Positions 23,680-33,589 of a DNA stretch of 64,000 nt are shown here, in pieces. Under the pieces are notes generated by a model. It was not told the DNA's origin, made no database searches, and worked only from the letters and a program-made list of their open reading frames with translations. Origin of the DNA: Candidatus Poribacteria bacterium (GTDB lineage: Bacteria; Poribacteria; WGA-4E; WGA-3G); assembly GCA_022394775.1 (NCBI GenBank), contig JAGFCB010000020.1, forward strand, positions 984 through 64,983, in the 5' to 3' direction. Position numbers and translations under genes: made by a program. Positions within the stretch are counted from its first letter, which is position 1. Each line of letters opens with the position of its first letter.

Positions 23680-25665
23680 ATGATTATCTTTCTACGCGAA
23701 AAATTTATTGCGCAAATCTTTATGTGGGTGATCGCTATCGTGTTCCTGGTCGGGACAGTGTTCCTCTATAGCAATACACGCGGCGGAGGTGAAGATCCCG
23801 AGGGAGAAGTCGTTCTCAGAATTAACAACACGGAAATCAAGCGCGGGACATTTGAAAACGCCGTTGCCGATGCTATGGAATCTCAAAGGCGAAACCAGAG
23901 ATTCGGTGGGACACCGAATAAGGAGCAGATACAAAAAGATATAATTGATCGTTGGGTCAATCAGACTATATTTGGCAGCCTAAATATTGGGGACGCTGAG
24001 GTAAAACGCTATATTCAAAATGATGCGAGTCGAGTCGATCTGTATAACCAGTACCAACAGTTTGGTATGGCAAATATTTACACCGAAAATATACGTCAGC
24101 AACTCAGTACCCGTGCCTTCCAGGATAGCATCCATGCCCTGGAGTTGGTGACCGATACAGAAGTTGAACAGGCATATCAACTTGAAGCTGACAAGGCGAA
24201 AGTCAAATTTATTGAATTTAAGTACGACGACTACCTCTCAACTGTTGAAGTTGATGATGCGGAAGCAAAAGCCTATTTCGAGAAGAACCGGGATAGCTAT
24301 AAATTGGAAGAGCAGGTAAATGTCAAGTTTATTAGAGTCAATCCTGCCGGACTGGTTTCCGATGAAGAGGTCAAGAACTATTATGACGGAAATCGGCAGG
24401 AATTTATGACACTGGAAGCGGTCAAAGCACGCCATATTTTGAAAAAATTCCCTGACAACGCAACTGATGAACAAAAGGCGGAGATCAAGGTCGCTGCAGA
24501 AGAATTGCTCACAACTATCAATGCAGAGCTCGCTGCTGGTGCGGATTTTGCTGAACTCGCGAAGAAACATTCAGAGGGTCCTTCCGGGGCACAAGGTGGT
24601 GCTTTGAGAGGCAACAATCCGAAACTTCCCGCTGGCGACTATTTCGCACGCGGCGATATGGTGAAACCTTTTGAAGAGGCTGCTTTTGATACGCTGAAAC
24701 CCGGAGAAGTTAGCGGTTTGGTCGAAACGCAATTTGGGTATCATATTATCAAATTAGAGGAGAAGAAAGCATCCGAGATTCAACCTTTTGCTGATGTTCA
24801 GTATGAAACCCGACAGAAACTCGTTCAAGTGAGTGGCGTTGATAAGGCAAAAGAAACCGCCTCTGATCTGCTGTATGAAATCGAAATTGAAGGCTATGAT
24901 GCTGCGCTCGCTCTCGAAAGGTATAAGGACCTCTCCCTCGTTGTTTCCGAAACTGGACTCTTCGCTCGGGATGCGTCGACTATTCCAAAAATCGGAGCAA
25001 CATGGGGCTACCAAGGTTTAATCGACGAATTCTTTGACATGGAAGTCAATGTGATAAAAGTTGTTGAGGTGAAGAGAGCAAGAAGTCAAGCGGTCGAAGC
25101 CTATTTAGTTGCCACTGTTCTTGAAAAAAAGCCTGCCGCTATCCCACCCTTTGAAGAGATAAAAGCAGAAGTTATTGAAGGTCCAAAGACCGGTAAGATT
25201 GATGGACTGAAGAAAGAAAAAGCGAAGGAACGGGCATTTACGGATGCACAGAACCTCTTCAACCAGCGGGCTGACAGTACATCTCTGGATGCATTGATCG
25301 AAAAGTATAAAGCACCTGAAGGTGTGGCAACCGATCAACTCTCCGTCCAAGAGAGCAATCTGTTCTCACTGAGTCCAACCAGTGATTACATCGCGGGTAT
25401 CGGAAATTCGGCGGAAACCATGTTTGCAGCTTTTCAAATGCAGGTCAATGATATTGACGGTCCTTTCAAGGGCAGCAATGCCGTCTATATTATTCAACTC
25501 GTTGAACGCCAAGAACCCGATGTTGAGACATTCCAAACGGATCCGGCTGAAAAAGCCCGACATCAACAAACATTGATCCAAGCGAAAAAACGGCAGGCAC
25601 TGGACAACTGGCTTGCTGCACGCAAAGAAGCGAGCGAACTCTGGATACATCCAGACTATCGTTAG
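23680..25665 (+). CDS. ppiD: periplasmic chaperone/parvulin-type peptidyl-prolyl isomerase (PpiD/SurA-like), N-terminal membrane anchor
   Basis: ORF track start is 23617 (TTG). The ATG at 23680 gives MIIFLREKFIAQIFMWVIAIVFLVG (TM segment). Parvulin core ARHILKKF...FGYHIIKLEE. Confidence 0.75.
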   Translation: MIIFLREKFIAQIFMWVIAIVFLVGTVFLYSNTRGGGEDPEGEVVLRINNTEIKRGTFENAVADAMESQRRNQRFGGTPNKEQIQKDIIDRWVNQTIFGSLNIGDAEVKRYIQNDASRVDLYNQYQQFGMANIYTENIRQQLSTRAFQDSIHALELVTDTEVEQAYQLEADKAKVKFIEFKYDDYLSTVEVDDAEAKAYFEKNRDSYKLEEQVNVKFIRVNPAGLVSDEEVKNYYDGNRQEFMTLEAVKARHILKKFPDNATDEQKAEIKVAAEELLTTINAELAAGADFAELAKKHSEGPSGAQGGALRGNNPKLPAGDYFARGDMVKPFEEAAFDTLKPGEVSGLVETQFGYHIIKLEEKKASEIQPFADVQYETRQKLVQVSGVDKAKETASDLLYEIEIEGYDAALALERYKDLSLVVSETGLFARDASTIPKIGATWGYQGLIDEFFDMEVNVIKVVEVKRARSQAVEAYLVATVLEKKPAAIPPFEEIKAEVIEGPKTGKIDGLKKEKAKERAFTDAQNLFNQRADSTSLDALIEKYKAPEGVATDQLSVQESNLFSLSPTSDYIAGIGNSAETMFAAFQMQVNDIDGPFKGSNAVYIIQLVERQEPDVETFQTDPAEKARHQQTLIQAKKRQALDNWLAARKEASELWIHPDYR

Positions 25666-25686
25666 ACATGCAGAATTGAACTCGCG

Positions 25687-27132
25687 CTACAGATAAGGAT
25701 AGGTAGCATCGGCGTGATAGTTTGGTAGTAAGGCATCATGCGTTTGTCCAGCTATGAGGCTTGTACCATCTGTAAAGCCTTCTGGACGGTCCCGGAGAAA
25801 CTCAATCAGGCGATTACGCCAAGGTGTTAGGAGGGTTTCAGCTTCGCTCCGGCTTGCAAGATCGTGTGTTTCATGGGGATCGTCCTGCAGATTAAAGAGA
25901 TGTTCCTTGCCGGTTTGGGAATACCAGATGTACTTGTGGTGTCCATCGGTTACATAGTGGTTGCCGTGATTGTATTGATAACAACCAGAATGCTCACCGT
26001 GAAGGCAATCTCGCACCCTGTCGGTATCTCCTCGCATGATGGGCAATAGGCTTTTACCGGTGCAGGTGCTCGGAATTTCAACGCCGGCTGCATCCAGAAT
26101 AGTGGGCATGATGTCTTGTAGTCCGACAGGGGTTTGACAGACAGATTCTTTTGGATACCCCCATCTCGCTGGTGCCCGCATCAAAAACGGTACGCGTGCT
26201 GAGGCTTCGTAGGGCCAAGTTTTGCGGTACAGATTATGATCGCCGAGCATTTCACCGTGATCGGAAGTAAAAATAACCAGACAGTCGTTCATACCCCCCA
26301 TCACTTGGATCAGACGACCGATCTGATCGTCGATGAAATTAATCATCCCGTAGTAAGCGGCACGGGTACATTGCATATCGTAGTCGTCAAGACAGATTTC
26401 CCAAGCGTTTGGATTCAACCCTTTTTGAGGTTCCTTAAATTCGGGTGCCCAGTCACCAACCACAGGTGCCGGGAGATCCCGCTGGATGTAGCGGTGGTAA
26501 TAGTGAGCCGGTGGTGTCAGCGGTGGGTGTGGGTCTATAAAAGAGATATTGAGAAAAAAGGGTGCTGTTGGGTCTCGTTCCCGCAGGAAATTGAGGGCGC
26601 GATCGATACACCAGAAGGTGTGCATCTGTTCTTCAGGTAGATGATGCGGGCGACCAACCCAGCCATTGGCGGATATACCGTGAGCCACCCCCGGATCAGC
26701 GTCGTTGCGGTGATGGTATTGCCGCAACCAATTGACATAGTCGTTGTTATCTCCACGGGTGGCATCAGCCAACTGAAGGTGATCGAAACCGTATCGTTTG
26801 CGTGGCGGGTTCAGATGCAGTTTGCCGATCATTTCGGTTTGGTAGCCGGCTGCCGACAATTCGCCTGCCAATGTGTGTGGAGGATTCCACGCTGCCCCTT
26901 TGAAGCCGACACCACCGTTGGCTGCTGGCGCAGTTCCGGTCATCAGGCTGCGCCGTGCTGGAATACAACTCGGACATTCAGCATACCCGCGACGAAAATG
27001 CGTGCCGGTGCGACCAATCCAATCCAGATTTGGTGTCTGCAAGCAGTCAGGACCATCGGGATCCAAACTTAGACAGTCGCCGCGTTGCTGGTCGGTGGTG
27101 ATTAAAAGAATATTTGGAGAGGTATTAGGCAT
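25687..27132 (-). CDS. sulfatase (formylglycine-dependent arylsulfatase family)
   Basis: The ATG at 27132 gives MPNTSPNILLITTDQQRGD. CxPxR motif SCIPARRSLMTG. TSDHGEMLGDH. Confidence 0.9.
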   Translation of the reverse strand: MPNTSPNILLITTDQQRGDCLSLDPDGPDCLQTPNLDWIGRTGTHFRRGYAECPSCIPARRSLMTGTAPAANGGVGFKGAAWNPPHTLAGELSAAGYQTEMIGKLHLNPPRKRYGFDHLQLADATRGDNNDYVNWLRQYHHRNDADPGVAHGISANGWVGRPHHLPEEQMHTFWCIDRALNFLRERDPTAPFFLNISFIDPHPPLTPPAHYYHRYIQRDLPAPVVGDWAPEFKEPQKGLNPNAWEICLDDYDMQCTRAAYYGMINFIDDQIGRLIQVMGGMNDCLVIFTSDHGEMLGDHNLYRKTWPYEASARVPFLMRAPARWGYPKESVCQTPVGLQDIMPTILDAAGVEIPSTCTGKSLLPIMRGDTDRVRDCLHGEHSGCYQYNHGNHYVTDGHHKYIWYSQTGKEHLFNLQDDPHETHDLASRSEAETLLTPWRNRLIEFLRDRPEGFTDGTSLIAGQTHDALLPNYHADATYPYL

Positions 27133-27201
27133 TTCAGACTCCAGGTCGCACACGTTAAACGGTGATTCAACACTGTATTGGGTTGAGAGTCCAAGCGGTG
27201 A

Positions 27202-28269
27202 TTAGTTGAGAAGTTCGTAGAAGAAGTTGCGACGTTTGGGGATATGTCCGAGTTCCGTTATAGTCCGTTCGATTTCCTCAATCGGCATACAATAGACTGT
27301 CCCGGCTTTGCTAACGACATTCTCTTCTATCATCGTGCCACCCATATCATTCGCACCGAACTTCAACGATAGCTGCCCAATCTTCGGACCTTGGGTGACC
27401 CAGGACGACTGAAAGTTGTCGAAATTGTCTAAGAATAATCGGGAGATCGCAAGCGTTTTGAGGTATTCAAAACTTCCCGCAGGTGGTATATGTTCCATAC
27501 GGGTGTTTGCGGGTTGTAGAGACCAGCAAATAAAAGCAGTAAATCCGCCCGTCTCATCTTGCAAATCGCGTAGACGCACGAGGTGCTCAACGCGTTCGGC
27601 ATAACTTTCTACATGCCCATACATCATCGTCGCACTTGATTTCAGACCAACGAGATGTCCTTGTCGCATGACTTCCAGCCATTCATCAGCGGTACATTTT
27701 TTCGGGCTAATTTCATCGCGGGCATGGTCAGTGAGAATTTCTGCCCCCCCTCCAGGAATTGAATCAAGTCCAGCATCTCGCAATCGGATGAGCATTTCTC
27801 GCAACGACATACGGTTAATCTTCGCAAACCAGTCTAACTCCGGTGGCGAAAATCCATGGATATGAATCCGATAGTTCGCTTTAATCCAGCGCAGCAGATC
27901 TTCGTACCAATCAAGTTTGAGTTTCGGGTGTAACCCACCCTGCATCAGAATCAGCTCACCGCCAAGATCAAGTGTTTCTTGTATTTTTTTCCCTAACGCA
28001 TCGCGTTCCATGACATAGGCATCTGGATCCTTACGATGACGGTAGAAAGCACAGAAATCACAATCGACGTAGCACCAATTGGTATAGTTAATGTTCCGGT
28101 CAACGATATAGGTAACGTAGCCTTCGGGATGCTTTCGTTGTCGAATAACATCCGCTGCGTGTCCTAAAGCGAGCAGATCATGGCTTTTGAAAAGTGTCAG
28201 GCAATCGTCAAAGTCTAACCGTTCCGCGGCAAGCGACTTTTCAAGAATGGGCTGGATATTTGTATCCAT
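27202..28269 (-). CDS. mqnC: radical SAM enzyme of the futalosine menaquinone pathway (MqnC-like cyclic dehypoxanthinyl futalosine synthase)
   Basis: 355 aa. VTYIVDRNINYTNWCYVDCDFCAFYR (CxxxCxxC). The choice of MqnC over MqnE rests on recalled family patterns. Confidence 0.7.
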   Translation of the reverse strand: MDTNIQPILEKSLAAERLDFDDCLTLFKSHDLLALGHAADVIRQRKHPEGYVTYIVDRNINYTNWCYVDCDFCAFYRHRKDPDAYVMERDALGKKIQETLDLGGELILMQGGLHPKLKLDWYEDLLRWIKANYRIHIHGFSPPELDWFAKINRMSLREMLIRLRDAGLDSIPGGGAEILTDHARDEISPKKCTADEWLEVMRQGHLVGLKSSATMMYGHVESYAERVEHLVRLRDLQDETGGFTAFICWSLQPANTRMEHIPPAGSFEYLKTLAISRLFLDNFDNFQSSWVTQGPKIGQLSLKFGANDMGGTMIEENVVSKAGTVYCMPIEEIERTITELGHIPKRRNFFYELLN

Positions 28270-28352
28270 TTAGAAGTTCCTTCAATCCATAAAACTAATA
28301 TTTCAATTTTAACATTTTTTAGATAGTTTGTCAACTTTTCTGTGATTTTAAT

Positions 28353-28382
28353 TTGACTTTTGAAAGAAATATTAGGTATAAT
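28353..28382 (+). promoter_or_regulatory. sigma70-like promoter (TTGACT-18-TATAAT) for rpoZ
   Basis: TTGACT 28353-28358 and TATAAT 28377-28382. Confidence 0.55.
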
Positions 28383-28429
28383 TGTAACACACTTATCTAA
28401 ATCTGTATTTATAATGTGGAGGGTAAAAA

Positions 28430-28777
28430 ATGAGTGAAGTGGTTTACAATGAGGACTTGGTAAAAACAGTAGAAAATAAATATCTTGCAGTCAATGTTGC
28501 AGCGAAACGCGCCAGAGATATAAATGCAAACGGTCTACCTCTCGCCCCTTCAAGTACCGGAGAGAAAAAAAAGAAACCCGTTGCTGTTGCGACACAAGAA
28601 TTGATTGACGGAAAACTCCGCTTTAAAGAGGGTGAGGCAAAGGCTCCTATCTCCAATACACCTCCGATTTTTACAGATATTGAAGAATCAGAAGAGGCTG
28701 GGCCCGATATATTCGACGAGGAACTGCTCGAACAGGAACCAAATACAGAAGTAGAAGAACGTGAAGAAGGGTTGTAG
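28430..28777 (+). CDS. rpoZ: DNA-directed RNA polymerase subunit omega with acidic C-terminal tail
   Basis: VENKYLAVNVAAKRARDI is the RpoZ core motif. 115 aa. Confidence 0.85.
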   Translation: MSEVVYNEDLVKTVENKYLAVNVAAKRARDINANGLPLAPSSTGEKKKKPVAVATQELIDGKLRFKEGEAKAPISNTPPIFTDIEESEEAGPDIFDEELLEQEPNTEVEEREEGL

Positions 28778-28856
28778 TACCGATACCGATTTACTGTGTT
28801 CCAGAGATGCCTTATGATTTCTATGGGAAGACTTAACGCAAAAAAATCGGAATCAT

Positions 28857-28885
28857 TTGACAATCTCCAATAAAGTGGATATAAT
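28857..28885 (+). promoter_or_regulatory. consensus sigma70 promoter (TTGACA-17-TATAAT) for the tRNA cluster
   Basis: TTGACA 28857-28862 and TATAAT 28880-28885. The first tRNA starts at 28897. Confidence 0.7.
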
Positions 28886-28896
28886 TATAAGGTGTT

Positions 28897-28968
28897 GCTG
28901 ACGTGGCTCAATGGTAGAGCAAGTGATTTGTAATCACTAGGTTGGAGGTTCGATTCCTCTCGTCAGCT
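28897..28968 (+). tRNA. tRNA-Thr (anticodon TGT)
   Basis: Acceptor gctgacg/cgtcagc. Anticodon arm agtga-ttTGTaa-tcact. T arm ggagg-ttcgatt-cctct. Confidence 0.9.
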
Positions 28969-28976
28969 TTCATAAT

Positions 28977-29058
28977 GGGGGTATGCTAGAGCGGTCAAAT
29001 AGGGCAGACTGTAAATCTGTTGGCTATGCCTACGGTGGTTCGAATCCATCTGCCCCCA
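28977..29058 (+). tRNA. tRNA-Tyr (anticodon GTA), long variable arm
   Basis: Acceptor gggggta/tgccccc. Anticodon arm gcaga-ctGTAaa-tctgt. Collinear with E. coli tRNA-Tyr. Confidence 0.9.
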
Positions 29059-29177
29059 TCTGCTCTTACACTGAGCAGTATCATAGCGGGATCAATATAG
29101 AGCAGGCTTACAGGTTTTTCCCTCAAAATTTCAGATCACCCTGCCTTAGCAATATATTACGCTATTGTTTATCTGAT

Positions 29178-29250
29178 GCGGGAGTAGCTCAGCTGGTAGA
29201 GCATTGGCCTTCCAAGCCATGTGTCGCGGGTTCGATTCCCGTCTCCCGCT
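29178..29250 (+). tRNA. tRNA-Gly (anticodon TCC)
   Basis: Acceptor gcgggag/ctcccgc. Anticodon loop ctTCCaa. T arm gcggg-ttcgatt-cccgt. Confidence 0.9.
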
Positions 29251-29269
29251 TGTTGAAATGTTTATTTTT

Positions 29270-29342
<73 letters not shown>

Positions 29343-29368
29343 CCATTTACCGAAAGTAGGGGTTTATT

Positions 29369-29521
29369 ATGCCGAGAGACATTGTAACATTAGCATGTGA
29401 TGTATGCAATCAGCGGAATTATGTAACAACCCGGAACCGACGAACGCAGCAAAATCGCTATGAACGGAAAAAATATTGTCGGTTCTGTCGGAAGCATACA
29501 CTGCATAAAGAAACACGATAG
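29369..29521 (+). CDS. rpmG: 50S ribosomal protein L33
   Basis: Below the ORF-track cutoff. My translation: MPRDIVTLACDVCNQRNYVTTRNRRTQQNRYERKKYCRFCRKHTLHKETR-stop. It has the CxxC...CxxC zinc ribbon and the classical position before tRNA-Trp and secE. Confidence 0.9.
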   Translation: MPRDIVTLACDVCNQRNYVTTRNRRTQQNRYERKKYCRFCRKHTLHKETR

Positions 29522-29591
29522 TTTTAGCACGTGCGACGGACAACGTGGCATTGGTTGTTAGACGTGTCTGTGGCACACTACAAAATCTTAC

Positions 29592-29665
29592 AGGCCAGTA
29601 GCTCCAACGGCTAGAGCGTCGGTCTCCAAAACCGAATGTTGGGGGTTCGAATCCCTCCTGGCCTG
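29592..29665 (+). tRNA. tRNA-Trp (anticodon CCA)
   Basis: Acceptor aggccag/ctggcct. Anticodon arm tcggt-ctCCAaa-accga. T arm ggggg-ttcgaat-ccctc. Confidence 0.9.
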
Positions 29666-29680
29666 CCTTTTATAATTCTT

Positions 29681-30100
29681 ATGATAACTCGCTTAAAAAA
29701 ATATCTTCAAGGTATCCATCTTGAATGGCAGAAAGTGACCAAACCGGACATAAAAGAGGTTCAGGGCAGCACGATTACTGTCATTGTCGCTTCTGCGCTG
29801 TTAGGGTTTTACATCGGGGTAATTGATGGGAACTCTGCCTTTCCGAAATGGGAGAGCCCTTTAAGTTGGCTTTTTCTTCTGGCACTGCCAATCGCTATCT
29901 TTTTCATCGTGAAAAGTTGGGAAGACCAACCCCAAAACGATAGAGATGCTGAGGCTGCCATTAACAAAAACCGCAAAGTCATCGCAGCGGCGGTAGCCTG
30001 TATCCCTTTAGTTGCTGTACTTGTAAGCCAGTACGTTTTTAATAATTCGCTTGAGGGCTTTGGTATGGCTTTTCTCAGAACCCTTTTTATTCGGAGCTAA
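29681..30100 (+). CDS. secE: preprotein translocase subunit SecE with an unusual C-terminal membrane extension
   Basis: The ORF-track start at 29636 overlaps tRNA-Trp. The ATG at 29681 gives MITRLKKYLQGIHLEWQKVTKPDIKEVQGSTITVIVASALLGFYIGVIDG (SecE core), followed by about 85 extra residues with two hydrophobic segments. Confidence 0.8.
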   Translation: MITRLKKYLQGIHLEWQKVTKPDIKEVQGSTITVIVASALLGFYIGVIDGNSAFPKWESPLSWLFLLALPIAIFFIVKSWEDQPQNDRDAEAAINKNRKVIAAAVACIPLVAVLVSQYVFNNSLEGFGMAFLRTLFIRS

Positions 30101-30148
30101 CGTTTTTGTGCTTCCACAGCACAAGTAATCCAACGGGTGGAACGGAAT

Positions 30149-30715
30149 ATGGACGGTTATTGGTACGTTGTTCAAATATACACTGGACATGAAAAAAAGG
30201 TCAAACTCAACCTCGACAATATGATTGCGAGGGAAAAGTTACAGGATGAAATCTTGCAGGTTAATGTCCCTGAAACCGAAGTGGTGGAAGTGAAGGACAG
30301 CCAGCGGAAAGTTAGCGTCCGACCCTCCTATCCAGGGTACGTGCTCGTCAATACGACCCGTGAACTCGGTCCGCATGTTGAGAGTACGATTGGGCAAAAA
30401 AGTTGGTCACTTATACAAGAGACACCCGGAGTCATGAATTTTTTGGGACCTACCTCACACCCGTCGCCTTTGAGTCCCACTGATGTTGAAGCGATGCTCC
30501 AGATGTCAACCGAGGAAGAGGAAGTTGCACCGGTACCCGTAATGGAATATGAGGTGGGCGATAAAGTCAAAGTAATAAATGGACCCTTTAATGGATTTCC
30601 AGGCGAAATTGAAGAAATCGACATGGAACACCAACGCCTACGCCTCAGTATTTCGCTTTTCGGGCGTTCAACTTCTGTTGATTTGGGGTTGCTTGAAGTG
30701 GAAGAACTCAACTAA
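30149..30715 (+). CDS. nusG: transcription termination/antitermination factor NusG
   Basis: MDGYWYVVQIYTGHEKKV (NGN domain) and KOW motif KVKVINGPFNGFPGEIEEID. The ORF-track alternative start is GTG 30137. Confidence 0.9.
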   Translation: MDGYWYVVQIYTGHEKKVKLNLDNMIAREKLQDEILQVNVPETEVVEVKDSQRKVSVRPSYPGYVLVNTTRELGPHVESTIGQKSWSLIQETPGVMNFLGPTSHPSPLSPTDVEAMLQMSTEEEEVAPVPVMEYEVGDKVKVINGPFNGFPGEIEEIDMEHQRLRLSISLFGRSTSVDLGLLEVEELN

Positions 30716-30831
30716 AGTTGAATGGCATTTTCTAAATAAGGTGTCCTCACTCTGTGATTGTGCCTAATCCTATACACCGCTTATAGGCAAACACGTTTTA
30801 GAATTCTTATAAACCACAATAGGGAAGAACA

Positions 30832-31254
30832 ATGGCAAAAAAAGTAGCTGGTGAAGTTAAACTCCAATTAGTATCCGGGCAGGCGACACCACAACCACCT
30901 GTCGGTCCGAGTCTCGCACCCTATATGATCAATTTGCAGGAGTTTATCAAATCCTTTAACGCCCAGACGCAGCATCAAACCGGCATGGTGGTGACAACCA
31001 TCATTACTTGTTATAGTGATAGGTCGTTTACGTTTGCCGTAAAATCGCCGCCTGCTGCAGTTTTACTTAAATCCGCAGCGAAGATTGCTAAAGGTTCAGG
31101 TGAACCGAATCGAAACAAGGTCGCAACTGTTACAATGGATCAAATCCGAGAGATTGCGGAGACGAAATTACCTGACCTCAATACGACAGACTTGGATGCC
31201 GCAATGCGGATGGTAGAAGGTACCGCCCGTAGTATGGGACTTACAATCGGATAG
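30832..31254 (+). CDS. rplK: 50S ribosomal protein L11
   Basis: [28 protein letters not shown]. 140 aa, in the conserved position. Confidence 0.9.
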   Translation: MAKKVAGEVKLQLVSGQATPQPPVGPSLAPYMINLQEFIKSFNAQTQHQTGMVVTTIITCYSDRSFTFAVKSPPAAVLLKSAAKIAKGSGEPNRNKVATVTMDQIREIAETKLPDLNTTDLDAAMRMVEGTARSMGLTIG

Positions 31255-31323
31255 CGAGGCTTAGCATCCTCGGCATACGAATGGGGCGACAGAGATATGC
31301 CCCGATGACTATCGGAGAACAAC

Positions 31324-32022
31324 ATGGCGAAGAGAGGGAAGCGATACACCGCAGGCAGCGAACAAGTAGATAGACTCCAACTGTACACCGTAGATGAAGC
31401 GGTCTCACTGGTGAAAAAAACGAGCGGCGCGAAGTTTGACGAGACCGTGGATCTCGCGTCACGCCTTGGTGTAAACGCTCAACATTCAGAGCAAAATATC
31501 CGCGGCACCGTCACACTACCGCACGGCACAGGCAAGTCAGTCCGTGTGGTTGTCTTCGCTGAAGGTGATTTGGCACGACAGGCTGAAGAAGCTGGCGCGG
31601 ATTTCGTCGGAACAGACGATCTCGTTGATAAAATCGTTGATGGATGGCTCGATTTTGACGCAACAATTGCGACACCGGACCTGATGCGCAGTATTATGCC
31701 TAAACTTGGGCGCGTTTTGGGACCGAGAGGGTTAATGCCTAATGCCAAAGCCGGTACCGTCACAACGGACGTTTCGGAAACAATACAAAGTATTAAAGCA
31801 GGACAAATCGAATATCGAGTAGAACGTTCCTCTGGAATTGTTCACGTTCCAATCGGCAAGACCTCGTTCGAGGAAGAGAGCATTAAAGGGAACCTCAACG
31901 CTGTAATGAGTGCACTTATTGCGGCTCGCCCGTCTTCCATAAAAGGGAGATACATTCGCAGCATAGCGATCTCAGCAACGATGGGTGTCGGTATCCGAAT
32001 AGATCCACAACAATTTGCATAA
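31324..32022 (+). CDS. rplA: 50S ribosomal protein L1
   Basis: KFDETVDLASRLGVNAQHSEQNIRGTVTLPHGTGK. 232 aa. Confidence 0.92.
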   Translation: MAKRGKRYTAGSEQVDRLQLYTVDEAVSLVKKTSGAKFDETVDLASRLGVNAQHSEQNIRGTVTLPHGTGKSVRVVVFAEGDLARQAEEAGADFVGTDDLVDKIVDGWLDFDATIATPDLMRSIMPKLGRVLGPRGLMPNAKAGTVTTDVSETIQSIKAGQIEYRVERSSGIVHVPIGKTSFEEESIKGNLNAVMSALIAARPSSIKGRYIRSIAISATMGVGIRIDPQQFA

Positions 32023-32191
32023 ACCGTAGGAGATACGATACGGAAATAGCTCTTACAACTGAATAGAGTCGTAGAACGTAGGTGCCATCGGCTTAATTGC
32101 CTACCGAGGCTTGAATGGAATGGAACATGAGCGTGCTGCTCAAAGCACACATAGAATCTTGTCGCCGCTGTTGTTCTCTCTTCTCATGTCA

Positions 32192-32216
32192 GCCTCCAGG
32201 CACCTGGGGGCTTTTT
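32192..32216 (+). promoter_or_regulatory. hairpin plus T-run in the rplJ leader (attenuator/terminator-like)
   Basis: gcctccag-gcac-ctgggggc followed by ttttt, inside the 287-nt rplA-rplJ spacer. This is where L10(L12)4 autoregulatory leaders are known in other bacteria. Confidence 0.45.
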
Positions 32217-32309
32217 CTATGTGATCGTAGATCCTATTAACCTGTTTGTATGAAAACTGAAGCAACGCGATACAGTTTCCATACAACCCACATAGAAAGG
32301 AGCTGACAC

Positions 32310-32876
32310 ATGCCGAATCAGGCGAATGTTCAGCAAACGGAACAAATTCGTGAGATTTTTGAGAATGCCGACGTTGTTCTACTTACAGACTTCCAAGGGC
32401 TTACGGTCGCAGAAATTAACGAACTGCGTAACCAGCTCCGTGCCGCAAATATCGGGTACAAAGTCTGTAAAAACACATTAGTGAATGTCGTCGCAGAAGA
32501 GAGAGGCATTGAAGGGTTGGCACCTTATCTCAAAGGAAATACAGCCCTTGCCACTGGCACAGATCCGGCGATCTCTTCAAAAATCTTACTTGAATTTGGC
32601 GAGGAACACGAAAATTTTAAAATCAAAGGCGGAATTCTTGGAACGCGGGTGGTTGACGCAGCTGGCGTTGAATCCCTCAAAGATATGCCGTCACGAGAGG
32701 TCCTGGTGGCTAAGACCGTTGGACTTATTGGTGCCCCGCTCGCTGGGCTTGTCCGAACCCTCCATCATGGGTCGCCCGCTACAGGGATAGTGAATGTACT
32801 TAGTGGAACAATACGTCAGGTAACCTCTGTGCTAACGCAGGTTGCCGCAGAAAAGAAAGAGGCGGAAAACGCCTAA
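32310..32876 (+). CDS. rplJ: 50S ribosomal protein L10
   Basis: 188 aa. TDFQGLTVAEINELRNQLRAANIGYKVCKNTL. AAAGGAG SD. Confidence 0.9.
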   Translation: MPNQANVQQTEQIREIFENADVVLLTDFQGLTVAEINELRNQLRAANIGYKVCKNTLVNVVAEERGIEGLAPYLKGNTALATGTDPAISSKILLEFGEEHENFKIKGGILGTRVVDAAGVESLKDMPSREVLVAKTVGLIGAPLAGLVRTLHHGSPATGIVNVLSGTIRQVTSVLTQVAAEKKEAENA

Positions 32877-32990
32877 TATTTATACTAAAATATTGCGGGG
32901 AAACGAGACGTTGTGTCTTTTTTCCTGCATCGCTTGATCAGGAATTTCTAATCAAGTTGATTTAGTGCTACTTATAGAAAGGATACAAAC

Positions 32991-33398
32991 ATGGCCGCAG
33001 ATATGGAAAAATTGATTGAAGAAATTAGCAATATGACTGTTTTGGAACTTTCCGAACTCGTCAAAGCATTAGAGGATAAATTTGGAGTCAGCGCGTCAGC
33101 CGCACCGGCAATCGCTATGCCCGGCATGATGCCCGCCGCGGATGGTGCAGCCGCATCTGGCGAAGAAGAAGCCGCAGCGGAAGAGAAAACCGAATTTGAT
33201 GTTCAACTCAAGGAATTCGGTGCTAATAAGATTCCAGTTATCAAAGAGGTCCGTTCAATCACTGGGCTCGGCTTGAAGGAAGCAAAAGAGAAAGTCGAAT
33301 CCGCACCAGTCGTCATTCAAGAAGGTGTCTCTAAAGAAGATGCTGATAAGGCGAAAGAACAACTTGAGGAACTCGGCGCAGTCGTCGAAATTATTTAA
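32991..33398 (+). CDS. rplL: 50S ribosomal protein L7/L12
   Basis: [21 protein letters not shown], an Ala/Glu hinge, and C-terminal [39 protein letters not shown]. Confidence 0.92.
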   Translation: MAADMEKLIEEISNMTVLELSELVKALEDKFGVSASAAPAIAMPGMMPAADGAAASGEEEAAAEEKTEFDVQLKEFGANKIPVIKEVRSITGLGLKEAKEKVESAPVVIQEGVSKEDADKAKEQLEELGAVVEII

Positions 33399-33454
33399 GT
33401 AAAGGTATACTGTCTTACATCCAGACAATGCCTACTGAAACTACGAACTACAAC

Positions 33455-33521
33455 AGGAAACCCATTATGGTTTTTGAGCATAGCAATACGCTACAGCGAA
33501 CTGTAATGGGTTTCTATTTTT
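33455..33521 (+). terminator. putative terminator after rplL (long stem plus T-run)
   Basis: aggaaacccatta (33455-33467) pairs with taatgggtttct (33504-33515) and is followed by atttttg. Confidence 0.5.
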
Positions 33522-33589
33522 GTTGAAACGCCTCACAACTGTAAGTGCGGTTTTCAACTGCGCTGACTGAGAATTACCGAGTGGTGCCG

